Below are positions 54,601-64,000 of a stretch of 64,000 nucleotides of DNA, piece after piece. Source of the DNA: Zootoca vivipara (lineage: Eukaryota); contig NC_083285.1 in assembly GCF_963506605.1 (NCBI RefSeq), forward strand, positions 48,484,001 through 48,548,000, in the 5' to 3' direction. The translations under genes and the position numbers were made by a program. The notes below the pieces were generated by a model that saw only the letters and a program-made list of their open reading frames with translations, did not search any database and was not told the DNA's origin. How positions within the stretch are numbered: the first letter of the stretch is position 1; the number at the start of each line of letters is the position of its first letter.

Positions 54601-55294
54601 CAGGGAAGATGGGAATTGTAGTCCAAAACATCTGGAGGGCCGAAGTTTGGGGATGTCTGATTTACACTATTAAAATATAACAGTACAGTAGAGGAAACTG
54701 CATTCCAAAACAACTGGCGTGCTCTTGTCCATGGGGTCACGAAGAGTCGGACGCGACTAAACAACAACAACAACAACAACACAAATACAACGAAAAGTGA
54801 ACAAGCCTTCCGGGTTCCTGCAAATTCTCAATCAAACTGGATGCTAAAACCAAACAACAACAAAAAGCAAAAGGGAAGGGGAAAGGCCCCATTCTACTAC
54901 AGTATTACAAAATGCAGATTTTTGGGTCTCAACAATACCCTACGACATGTGCAGAGCCTGAAAGCTTGCTCACTTCTTTTAGTCGCCCCTACTAAAGTTA
55001 TTATATACTACGATTATTTTTGTGGGTCGCTTTGTTTGCAACGACACCTCACCTTATCCCTAAAACGCGTTCAGGCCGCAGATTTGCAAAATCGGGGTCC
55101 AAGGAAAGAACAGCTAACCGCTGCAGGGAAGGGTCGGGTGCTCCCGCTTTCCCCTGTTCCTGCAGCGCAGAAAGTTGTCCTCCTATATCGGCAGCGCCTG
55201 CTCCGGTAACTCCTTGCCAATTACCTCCTCCGCTCCCCGCGGAAAGCAGCTCCCTGGATACAGCCGGAGCCGCGCCATCTCCATTCAGCGCCAT
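51457..55294 (-). CDS. NOPCHAP1: NOP protein chaperone 1 (C12orf45), complete, 4 coding exons, 157 aa
   Basis: Exons 55294-55225, 54441-54355, 53091-52955, 51636-51457 splice in frame (474 nt): MALNGDGAAPAVSRELLSAGSGG-GIHETLLLN...LQTVRLPRSN-LLDRVQNFLPQMANANDELRREM...VIEM-NVALVELN[acidic tract]EVTVDNIKLP...IEILD; recognisable motifs and synteny. Confidence 0.92.
52955..53091 (-). CDS. NOPCHAP1: NOPCHAP1 exon 3 (137 nt)
   Basis: TAG acceptor, GTGAAT donor; LLDRVQNFLPQMANAN...ENVIEM. Confidence 0.92.
53238..53446. mobile_element. Penelope-like remnant forming an inverted repeat, with 13-bp TSD
   Basis: Arms 53238-53370 and 53371-53446 are inverted; direct repeat TGGTCTTAAAACT at 53225-53237 and 53447-53459. 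Confidence 0.82.
53334..53370 (-). ncRNA. Minimal type I hammerhead ribozyme motif, catalytic core intact, stem I truncated
   Basis: Minus strand AT-CTGAAGA-A-GTGTG CATG CACAC-GAAA-GC-TC-ATACC. Confidence 0.72.
53611..53757. mobile_element. hAT MITE
   Basis: TIRs CAGTGCTTTTTT / AAAAAAGCACTA; perfect TSD ACCCTATG. Confidence 0.88.
54355..54441 (-). CDS. NOPCHAP1: NOPCHAP1 exon 2 (87 nt)
   Basis: TAG acceptor, GTAAGT donor; GIHETLLLNSKHAKKKPMSLQTVRLPRSN. Confidence 0.9.
54524..54659. mobile_element. 136-bp hAT MITE
   Basis: TIR CAGGCATCCCCAAACT; perfect TSD ATTTACAC. Confidence 0.92.
54714..54781 (+). mobile_element. Very short BovB 3' end with (CAA)n tail
   Basis: CCATGGGGTCACGAAGAGTCGGACGCGACTAAAC(AAC)n. 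Confidence 0.85.
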
Positions 55295-55470
55295 GGACCT
55301 CCTTGCAAACTGCTGCTTCCGCGCGCGACAGCCTCCGTGGGGGAAACCGGAACACGCGCGCCAGAGCGGAAGCGGCGAAGCCCAGAGCGGCTTCGCGAGC
55401 GCAACGGCGCCACCTACAGCGCGGAGGGCACCTAGGAAAAGCTTTTCTCCCTCGTTTAGCGAAGCGGAAT
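55060..55470 (-). promoter_or_regulatory. NOPCHAP1: NOPCHAP1 CpG-island promoter
   Basis: CpG-rich; several CGGAA ETS-type motifs (55348-55372, ~55466) and a TTCGCGAG palindrome core (~55392). Confidence 0.75.
55225..55294 (-). CDS. NOPCHAP1: NOPCHAP1 exon 1 coding part (70 nt)
   Basis: TCCATGG start, GTAATT donor; MALNGDGAAPAVSRELLSAGSGG. Confidence 0.85.
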
Positions 55471-56892
55471 ACTGTACAGTACAGTATTGAAAAGAAAGCA
55501 CTACTTACCGTACTTCACTCAGCACAGAGTCAAACTCACAGGATGGTCACATCACCTTGGATGGCTTTAAGGATTAGGCAAATTAATGGAGGATAAGGCT
55601 CTCTCTGCCTCCATGGCTGGAAGCAGTAATGCTTCTGAATAGCAGTTACTGGAAACCCCAGAGGGGAAGAGTGCTTTTGTGCTCAGATCCTGCTTGCTGG
55701 GCTCCTCAGCCACTGTGAGAACAGGATGCTGGACTAGATGGACCAATCCAACAGGCTCTTTTTATGTTCTCAGCATTTGGGGAATCAATCCCAATTTCGG
55801 CATCCACAATTCAGTGTCAGAGACAGGTTCAGAACCACCAGGAGTTGAAGCTGGAGGCTTAGGACGGATCCACACAATAAATTTAAAGTACATCCATGAC
55901 ATATTTAAAGCACACGACTCCATGGTCTCCGCTGACCTCCATTCTAAGGACGTCAAACCCCTGGAATCTCTCAATTCTCTGTTTTGGGTGGCATGTAACA
56001 TCTAGACTGGTATGAGGACCAGCCCTGACTAGTGGATGAAATGACCTTCACCCTAGCCTAGATATTGTGGCTCCTACATATACAGTTATTTATTTAAACA
56101 TTCATTCATCACCTTTAAAACAAGAGGATAGGATTACAGTATAAAAGCAGGCCTCCACACTGCTCACTTTTACATTGACTTTCCAGTGGGCAGTTGTTAG
56201 AACTGTTGTTTTATGTGTATGGTCATTGCCACCATCATCTTTCTTTATTGCCGTCCATTTTCTTACACTTGCTTTTAATTTTATTGTGCTTTATATTTTT
56301 ATTCGTGCAAGACACATTCAGTTTGGCTTTTATAGAAAAGTGGGATTTAAAAGAATGACATACAGTGCTGTTTCAGAATCTGGAGTGGTGCCACAGTTGA
56401 TGATATTGCAGGTGCCACCTTACCAACAGAGAGAGGCAGGTGGCTTTTATTTCCAGCTCACAGAACCAGTATTTCCTGTGTTTGACTGTAGAGATAAAAT
56501 ATTTGAACAGGACATGGTGAACACTCCTCGGTGTTCAAATAACATTATTACTGTAGATATTCTAGCAATGCAATCTGACGTGATTTTCTCCTAAATTTAG
56601 TGCCTATAAGATTGTAATCTGCAACTGCAGCACACAGGTTCTTGCACGACTAAGGGTACACTCACACTTCCATTTGCCCCTTGATTTCATGGAAGTTTTA
56701 TGTCATTCGCTCATGCCATGCTTTTTGGTGAATTTCCCTGTCATTTTTCTAATTGCAAAAAGTGGATTAGTTCTGCCAGGGCACCAGAGTGCTTTAATTG
56801 CACAGACCTAAATTTCTATAATGCGCTTGAATCCCTCTCGCAAAATGCTGACAATCTGGGGGTGACAAGGGTAGATGGCTTGCAACCTGACT

Positions 56893-57120
56893 CATAGAAC
56901 TGGAATGGATCCCAAGGGTCATCTAGTCAAATACCCAGCAAAGCAGGAAGCACAGCTAAAGAATCCCTGACAGATGCCCATCCAACCTCTGTTTTAAAAC
57001 CTCCGATTAAGGAGAGTCCTCCGCCACCTTCAGAGGTAGTACATCCCACTGTCAAAACAGCTCTTACCACCAGAAAGTTCTTCCTAATGTTTAGTAGGAA
57101 CCATCTTTCTTTTAATTCTT
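56893..57120 (-). mobile_element. CR1 LINE 3' end
   Basis: Homologous to 35622-35880; LNIRKNFLVVRAV. Confidence 0.8.
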
Positions 57121-57214
57121 CTACTGCCTGTGAAGACAGTGGAGAAGCGCTGTCTGGGAGAAAAGCTGAAGGCACCGAGATCTAGTTACCAAAACATAGA
57201 CACTTTAATAGTAT

Positions 57215-57933
57215 TGATACAAAGGCCACGTGCCACCCCCAATCTCTGCCAAGTGGTAGCATGGTTCCAGGGGGTTCCAGGTGCTCATCCAGGTTCGTGT
57301 TGGGAAATCAAGGCACAGCAGAGACTAGTTTCTTTTTAAAAAATATGGCTTACTTTACACTTATTTACCCTTGGAAGCCTTCGGCGGAGGGGGTGGAGAA
57401 CATTACAATCCAAGAGTGTCTTTTGTTGCTTGTCTCATAGCCTCAGCAAGTTTGGGTTCAAAGTAGCAGCCAGTCCTGGCCCCTGACCTCTTGGTACTGC
57501 CTCCTCCAGCCAGCAACGCATGGAGTTCTCTCTTTGTTCCTTCCTCTCCTTCCTCCCAGAACACTTTGCCAAATGCAACACCCTCCCCCCTTCTGTCTGC
57601 TCACCCCCCTTCTCCAGACCTGTTTTTTTTTTAAATGACTACATTTTTCCAGGGTCACACCCATGTTACCCTGGCAACCTCCATTTCACAGACCCAAGCA
57701 CCCTCCTGTGATGGGCCATCAGCACCTTTGCCATGCTTGATGACTTCCACCCAGGTGAGGCTCTGAAAAACAAGCTTAGCCTGCATTTTCACGCTGCTAA
57801 GCTGCCTCTCACCCAGGGGAAGAGTCCAAGCATTTACTAATTTCTAGCATTCAGTAATTTCAAACATTTGCTAACTTCTTAGAATTACAGGCGCTTTTGG
57901 TCCCTCAAATTCTGGCACAACAAATCTGTAACA
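57215..57933 (-). mobile_element. Solo LTR, ~719 bp, ERV-like
   Basis: TGATACA...TGTAACA termini; 4-bp TSD GTAT; homologous block shared with 15974-16669. Confidence 0.7.
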
Positions 57934-57999
57934 GTATCATTTTGGCCATATTTTGAGACTAGGACTATGTTAGGTCTTTTCACAGAGTTCTGCGTAATC

Positions 58000-58122
58000 T
58001 AAGGTTACCAGATTTTTTTCAATGAATCCGGGGACACTTGTCAACTTCAATGGATTTTGTATGGGGACTGATTTGTAAATCCGAGGACTGTCCCCGGGAA
58101 ACAGGGACGTCTGGTAACCTTA
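58000..58122. mobile_element. 123-bp hAT MITE
   Basis: TIR TAAGGTTACCAGA / TCTGGTAACCTTA; TSD GCGTAATC/GCATAACC. Confidence 0.88.
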
Positions 58123-58130
58123 GCATAACC

Positions 58131-58266
58131 CAGGCATCCCCAAACTGCGGCCTTCCAGATGTTTTGGCCTACAACTCCCATGATCCCTAGCTAAGAGGAC
58201 CAGTGGTCAGAGATTATGGGAATTGTCGTCCAAAACATCTGGAGGGCCAAAGTTTGGGAATGCCTG
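58131..58266. mobile_element. 136-bp hAT MITE
   Basis: Perfect TSD GCATAACC. Confidence 0.92.
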
Positions 58267-58779
58267 GCATAACCAATTGCACACAGTTTCCTTGCTTCTG
58301 ACTCACAAAGCCTCCTATAAAGACAAAGGCACACATAGCATGGGAAATCCCCCCCATGCACGTGCGTTTTTGGCATGGAAAACACATTGCGTTTAAAAGA
58401 GTGGCAGTGCTAAATTAATTTAAACAAATGTGTAGTAAGTTTGAATGCTGGCAAGCAGATGACTAGCTGCTATTTTTGAAATAAGCTAATTGTCAGAGCT
58501 TAGCAGGTGCCCCTGAGATTAAAACATTTCCCTTGAGGCACACAAATTATCTTTTGATAGAATTACTCACACCAGTGTAGCTGACTCAGGCTGACAAAAC
58601 AGAATTTGCTCTTTACTCATATTGCTGTAGATGCTTATCACAAACTGCACCTTGAAATCAGTCAAAGCAATTGAGTAATTTGAATAAATGATAAGAGGAA
58701 GTGAATCTTCTACACTGCAAAGTCCAGTCCATATCACTTGAGATATTATACATTTACCACTCTCTACTGCCATTTTGGT

Positions 58780-59330
58780 TGGCACCTGTCTGTCTTGGGA
58801 GACGATGGAAGAGTGTGCCTTTAGGGGTGAAGTCAGACAGTTGGAGAGTTACAATGCCTGCTGTGAGTGTAGACACCGATATGGGAGAGACATGTTTTGT
58901 TGCAGCTGGGGCAGATGAAGGCATCCAGTTGTGCTGCTGCAGGTCTTTTTCGGCACTCCTCCCAGTGATCATTCCTACTCTGGTCACTGCTGTGGATGCA
59001 CAACCTGACTGTCTCCAGGCGCTGTGACCATCTGCAAGAGATTCCCATATGGCAGGGTTAACGTTGCCAGCCTTCATGCCATGTTTGCAGAACATGCCTA
59101 GTGCCTGAAGCCAGCTCCCCATGCAGCACATCCTTGGGGATCCTGCCATCTTCTGTGGACATGACCTAGGCGTCGCTGAGACAGGAGTGCAAACATGCTG
59201 GGAATATGGGCTTGCGAGAACACACTTTGGTTTGAAACCCTCTCCTGCCATGTGATGCCCAAAATCTTCCTGAAGGTGGAAGGTGTTGAGGCATCGCTCC
59301 CGGCAGGCATCACTCCTGGCACTTGTCATT
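58780..59330 (-). mobile_element. RTE-clade LINE 3' fragment (not BovB)
   Basis: Frameshifted pieces RKILGITWQERVSN...IPSMFALLSQRRLGHV and AFICPSCNKTCLSHIGVYTHSRHC (C-terminal zinc finger). Confidence 0.82.
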
Positions 59331-59869
59331 TGACAGATCATGAGTTATGGATCATGAGTTATGGATCCGTCCAGGTCTAGCATGCCCATATTCAGATTGC
59401 AAGAAAAGCCTATTAGAATTGGCAGGACAAGCAGGAGTGTGAACTCAAGATTTCCTTCCTCAGTACAGTATGTGCAAATACCTGACTATATTTCTGTGCT
59501 GAGCTCTGGAATCCCCAGTGTGGTGCCCAAGAGCCACACAACACCCACAAACAAACCCCTTGGTATCTGCCAACCCTCTGGCTTTCCCTCCTTTTTTAAA
59601 AAAAACCCTTTTGCTGAGGGTGTTTTGTATGCCCCTTTTTGTTGTTCTGTTGAAAGGTTGGCTATTTGGGAATATGTTTCCTGCTTTGGTGGGGTCTTTG
59701 TGTCATTTAGGTGTATGTGTTTTGCCTATTGTTTTAAAGAGCAGATTATGACCATTCTTATTCCCACCCACCCACCCACGGTGAAATGAATATTTGGTGC
59801 TGCTCACAACAGTTTATTAGATTTCAAAAATGGGCCCAGGGCCCAAGAAAGTGGTTCTAGGTCCTCAAG

Positions 59870-60005
59870 CAGGCATCCCCAAACTGCGGCCCTCCAGATG
59901 TTTTGGCCTACAACTCCCATGATTCCTAGCTAAGAGGACCAGTGGTCAGGGATGATGGGAATTGTAGTCCAAAACATCTGGAGGGCCAAAGTCTGGGGAT
60001 GTCTG
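59870..60005. mobile_element. 136-bp hAT MITE
   Basis: Same family as 16412-16547; TSD TCCTCAAG/TCCTAGAG. Confidence 0.88.
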
Positions 60006-61128
60006 TCCTAGAGTCTAGGATGGCAACTATATGTCTCTCCTGCTTTTTGTAAAGCACCAAAGCAATTGAACTTGAATTGAACCAGTGTGGATGTAATACT
60101 ATAGAAACATCACAAAATTCCAAGAAAATTGCATGGAGGTGTGGAAGATACAGATAAAACCACTGTAATTCCACCACCTTTTCTACTGGTATGGGATTAT
60201 ACTCATACCCACAGAACACTGGTGGTCTGGCAGTGAAGCTGATCACTAAGAAGGGGGATGCATCTCACACGATCAGCACTGTTGGTGCTGGCAATGCTGT
60301 CTTCCAATGCTGCGAAGTAGCAGCAGGTACATGGTGTACTGCTGTTCAGTCTCTGGATCAGGGCCAGTTAACGCAGTTGATGTTTCCAAGGGAAGTGTAT
60401 TTTACACCAAATCTAAAATAAGTAAGGAATTGTTGACTGTTGTCTTTTGTTTGCCAATAAAGCTTTCACGAGTGCAAGCAAATGCATCTCTATAATTTGC
60501 CAAAAGCATATATACTTGCTGCTGGCTTGGCGTGCCAGCTTTTTTTGTTCTGTTCTGGCAGCTGTGATGTAAAACAGAGGAATGAAGCTTTTTTGCTTTT
60601 GACTTCTCTTGAGCTTTTTAATTAAGGAGAAATAAGTAGTAGTTGGGAAAAGGTACTGAAAGTTACAGAAGCAGGAAGAAGAAAGAGTGGTTAGCAAGTT
60701 TACCAGCGGAGAAAAGTCCACCCTCCCCCTGCCACACACAACCATCTGTGGTGACCTTTGAAAATGAACATGCTACTCTTAAACTGTTTCCTCTTTCTGT
60801 TTAGCACATCTCTGCTCCAAGGCAAACACACAGTATAAATTATTAATAAAAGTAATCTGAACTTCCTCCTTGAACCAAGAATTAAATGATGCAACAAACA
60901 TGACTACTCACGTTTTAATGCATTCTTTCTGGAGGTCAGGTAATTTTAATCAGTTATACCTGAGGAGTTAGCTATGGCTCTTAGAAACTTTCCCCAGGGC
61001 TTGGGGAAAAACAATATTCTCATTTCTGCATTTTTTATTCTAGCACTCTTCCTTTTCGGAACGTATTTATCATTTTGGGTTGTTTGCTTTCTTTTTTGAG
61101 TTGAAAATGGTAAAAAAAGAAAAAGAGA

Positions 61129-61474
61129 AAAGGTAAAGGACCCCTAGACAGTTAAGTCCAGTCAAAGGTGACTATGGGGTTGCCGTGCTCATCTTGCTTT
61201 CAGGCGTTTGTCCACAGACAGATTTCCAGGTCATGTGGCCAGCATGACTGAACCACTTCTGGCGCAACGGAACACCCTGACGGAAGCCAGAGCACACAGA
61301 AATGCTGTTTACCTTCCTGCCGCAGCGGTACCTATTTATCTACTTGCACTTTGACATGCTTTCAAACTGCTAGGTTAGCAGGAGCTGGGACAGAGCAACA
61401 AAAGCTCACCCCATCACGGGGATTTGAACCGCTGACCTTCTGATTGGCAAGCCCAAGAGAGGCTCAGTGGTTTA
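61129..61474 (-). mobile_element. Sauria SINE
   Basis: Homologous to 44635-45016. Confidence 0.9.
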
Positions 61475-62068
61475 GAAAAGATACATCTGGCAGGAGTGCA
61501 CTGAAAATTCCCCAATAATTTCCCAGTGATTAAGAGATATATAAGGCTTAATGCTTTCTTTTCCTCTAAGGGCCGGCCCGTTCATACTGTCCTTTAATGT
61601 GGATAGTAAACTTCCTGTAACCATCTTTCATTCTCCACTGTCCATATGACAGTTCTCCTCAAAATCACTGGCTTCCCCCAGTTTCCCCTCCCTCAATCCA
61701 GATTTTCTCATAACCAGAACTCTCCTTTTCAGAGTATCCCTGGTTGATTGAAAAGGGGGAAAGTGTACCCATTAGAACAGCAGCACTTCCACTCTCATGT
61801 TCCTCAGTAACTCATATTCAGAAAGTCAATGATTCTGATACCAGAGCAAATATGAAGCCACCATGACTATTAGCCATCACGCATTAATCCTCAATGAATT
61901 AAGGAAGGTACGGAGCTTCTGGGGCGCCACAACTGTGACATCCAACGGAAGGCGAGAGGCGGTGTGTGTGCGCGTGCTGGATTTTGGCTTCGCAGAGGGG
62001 CGCCTCTGAAATTTGAGACATCAAGGTCCGCCACTGTATAGACACATGTGCCATTTTGTGTTTGGGGG

Positions 62069-62563
62069 CAGGGCCATCTTTAGCAGATGCGGAGCCAGGG
62101 TGCAAATATCCGCCCAGCACACCCAAATTACCACGGATAGTGTTGGGGTGGCTGTAGTTGCGCACTGCCAGCCACCAGGGGGGCAACTCTCCCCCATGCT
62201 GCTGCGGGAAAGCGATCCCCGCAGAGGCTTGGGAGTGAAGTTGCGCCCCTCCCAAGCCTCCTCAGGAGAAGAGCGATCCCTGCAGAGGCTTGGGAGGCAA
62301 GCTGCACACCCGCCAGCCATATGGTTGGTGGGGCGCAGCTTCCTTCCTAAGCCTCTGTAGGGATCGCTCTCCTCCCGAGGAGGCTTGGGAGGGAAACCTG
62401 CACGCCTGCCAGCCTTATGGTTGGCGGGGTGCAGCTGGCAGGCATGCAGGGAAAGGGTAGACCGCCAGCAAAGCCATGCAGCTCCCCCACTTGCTGGGGT
62501 GCCCTTGAGAGGCCGGCGCCCTGGCGCGATGCACCACTAAGCCCTATGGGAAAGACGCCTCTG
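62069..62563. mobile_element. GC-rich hAT MITE with internal direct and inverted repeats
   Basis: TIRs CAGGGCCATCTT / AAGACGCCTCTG; TSD TTTGGGGG/TCTGGGGG; repeated GCGATCCC.GCAGAGGCTTGGGAG unit. Confidence 0.78.
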
Positions 62564-62572
62564 TCTGGGGGG

Positions 62573-62802
62573 AACTTTGGCCACCTCATGAGAAGAGAAG
62601 ACTCCCTGGAAAAGACCCTGATGTTGGGAAAGATTGAGGGCACTAAGAGAAGCGGACGACAGAGGACGAGATGGTTGGACAGTGTTCTCGAAGCTACCAA
62701 CATGAGTTTGACCAAACTGCAGGAGGCAGTGCAAGACAGGAGTGCCTGGCGTGCTATAGTCCATGGGGTCACGAAGAGTCGGACACGACTAAACGACAAC
62801 AA
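62573..62802 (+). mobile_element. BovB LINE 3' fragment
   Basis: [22 protein letters not shown]...[11 protein letters not shown]. Confidence 0.92.
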
Positions 62803-62949
62803 TCCTCCCTGACCATTGGCCATGCTGGAGGAGGGCATCCGGTTGCCCCCACCCGTTCTTTCAGAGATGCTGCCTGCTTGCAATCCCTCCCACCCATGCA
62901 CTCTTCGTCTTCACACACCAACTAGTTCTATAATAGGAGGTGGCTCCTC

Positions 62950-63640
62950 CTCCTCCAAGGCGCGCGTCGCGTACCAGAAACGTGTGAACGAAGGAACCCG
63001 TGTCTTTCCACGGTGGGCCCTACTCATGCGCGCGCGACCATTCCGAGCTCCTAGGCGCTTCCTGGCGCTCCGAGGCGGGCTGCTCCGCCTGCGCGGAGAG
63101 GGGTTCCCTGGAGCTCCCGCGGCCCCCGCCGAGGAGTCGCTGAGCAGCTTTCCGAGCGCCGGCGACGCCCGGCCACATCAGCGCCTGCCTGCCCGCCTGC
63201 GCGCCCCCCTCCCCGTTCCCCCCCCCGGCCTCTGCCGCGCGTGCTCAGTGGGGCGGCGGAGGCGGCGCCGCTTCTTCTACCCGGAGGAGCTGCCCCTGCC
63301 TCCTCGGCGGCCGCTGGCAAGTTCCTTCCTGTGCGCGAGGAGCGGGCGGCGGCGAGGATGGAGGCGAGCGGCGGAGGAGGCTGCTGCTGCTGCTGCTGCT
63401 GCCGCGGGTGGCTGGCTCCCCTCCCTGGTTCGCCATTGCCCAGGTAGGAGAGCGGGTGGCCCGAGGGTGGGAAAGGAGATGCGGAAGAAGGGCGGGAAAG
63501 GCGCCGCCGCCGCCGCCTCCTCCACCCCCGGAGATGGAGGAAAGGGAATCCCCGCGGGGAAGTGAACGAAGAACGGCGCTGCCTCCCCCGCTCACCCCCG
63601 GAGGGCATCTGCCTCCCAGCCAGCCCCGGGCCCGGCTGGC
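62950..63640 (+). promoter_or_regulatory. CpG-island promoter and probable first exon (donor CAG|GTAGGA at 63443/63444) of the next gene, likely SLC41A2
   Basis: Very GC/CpG-rich, NRF1-like CATGCGCGCG (~63025), GC boxes, splice donor. Identity is inferred from synteny only; no SLC41A2 coding sequence is in the window. Confidence 0.65.
63380..63402. repeat. (GCT)n trinucleotide repeat in the putative first exon
   Basis: Read directly. Confidence 0.9.
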
Positions 63641-64000
63641 AGGCTGGCTGTTCCTTCCTCACCAGCCTTACTTTCTCTCCCCCATAAATCATTATGGCTA
63701 AACTGGAATAGCATTTCCTCATCCCGAGCATCCCTGTACTGTAGCTCCCTCCCCTCCGCCGCTTTCCACTCTCGTGAGAAATTTTGATAAGTATTGCGTC
63801 CTCTTCATATACTGGTTTTATTTCTGTTTCCAGCCCCAGGGTTTGGGGGTGGAATAAGCTGGGGAAGAAAAGGCAAAGTCTCTAAGTGGTCCCTCCGGAG
63901 TGCTACAAAAATAGGTCACCACCTAAATGTAAGATTATTGCATCTGCTGATGTTGCCACGGCGCTGCTGGGCGTTTCTCCTTTATAGTTTCGCGTTTGGT

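Noticed and set aside
58754-59341. 195-aa ORF
   Set aside because: Mostly off-frame reading of a frameshifted RTE LINE fragment
62816-63731. Long ORFs of 249 aa (+) and 226 aa (-)
   Set aside because: Low-complexity Ala/Arg/Gly/Pro translations typical of stop-poor CpG islands; no recognisable domain

Overview
Eukaryotic (vertebrate) genomic DNA, most likely a squamate and probably a lacertid lizard, judged from the Sauria/POM-type SINEs, BovB, L2, CR1, RTE-X and Penelope repeats. Hand-splicing gives four genes in the conserved order WASHC4-ALDH1L2-NOPCHAP1(C12orf45)-SLC41A2. (1) WASHC4 coding exons 1-6 on the minus strand, running off the left edge. (2) A complete 23-exon ALDH1L2 on the plus strand (19854-49164, 2775 nt CDS, 924 aa, one GC-AG intron). 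(3) A complete 4-exon NOPCHAP1 on the minus strand (55294-51457, 157 aa). (4) A CpG island and probable first exon at the right edge, assigned to SLC41A2 by synteny only. Introns and intergenic DNA are dense with LINE fragments, SINEs, hAT/Tc1/Harbinger-type MITEs with readable TSDs, and solo LTRs. Most notable: minimal hammerhead ribozyme motifs in three Penelope-like remnants (two with inversion junctions at the motif), a cluster of ATF4/C-EBP (CARE) sites plus a short uORF at the ALDH1L2 5' end, and a strong-Kozak poly-Cys ORF in the putative SLC41A2 first exon. I found no evidence of a wholly novel multi-gene system. Most ORFs in the supplied track are spurious or repeat-derived. Gene and repeat family names come from recognition of the sequences, not from database searches.
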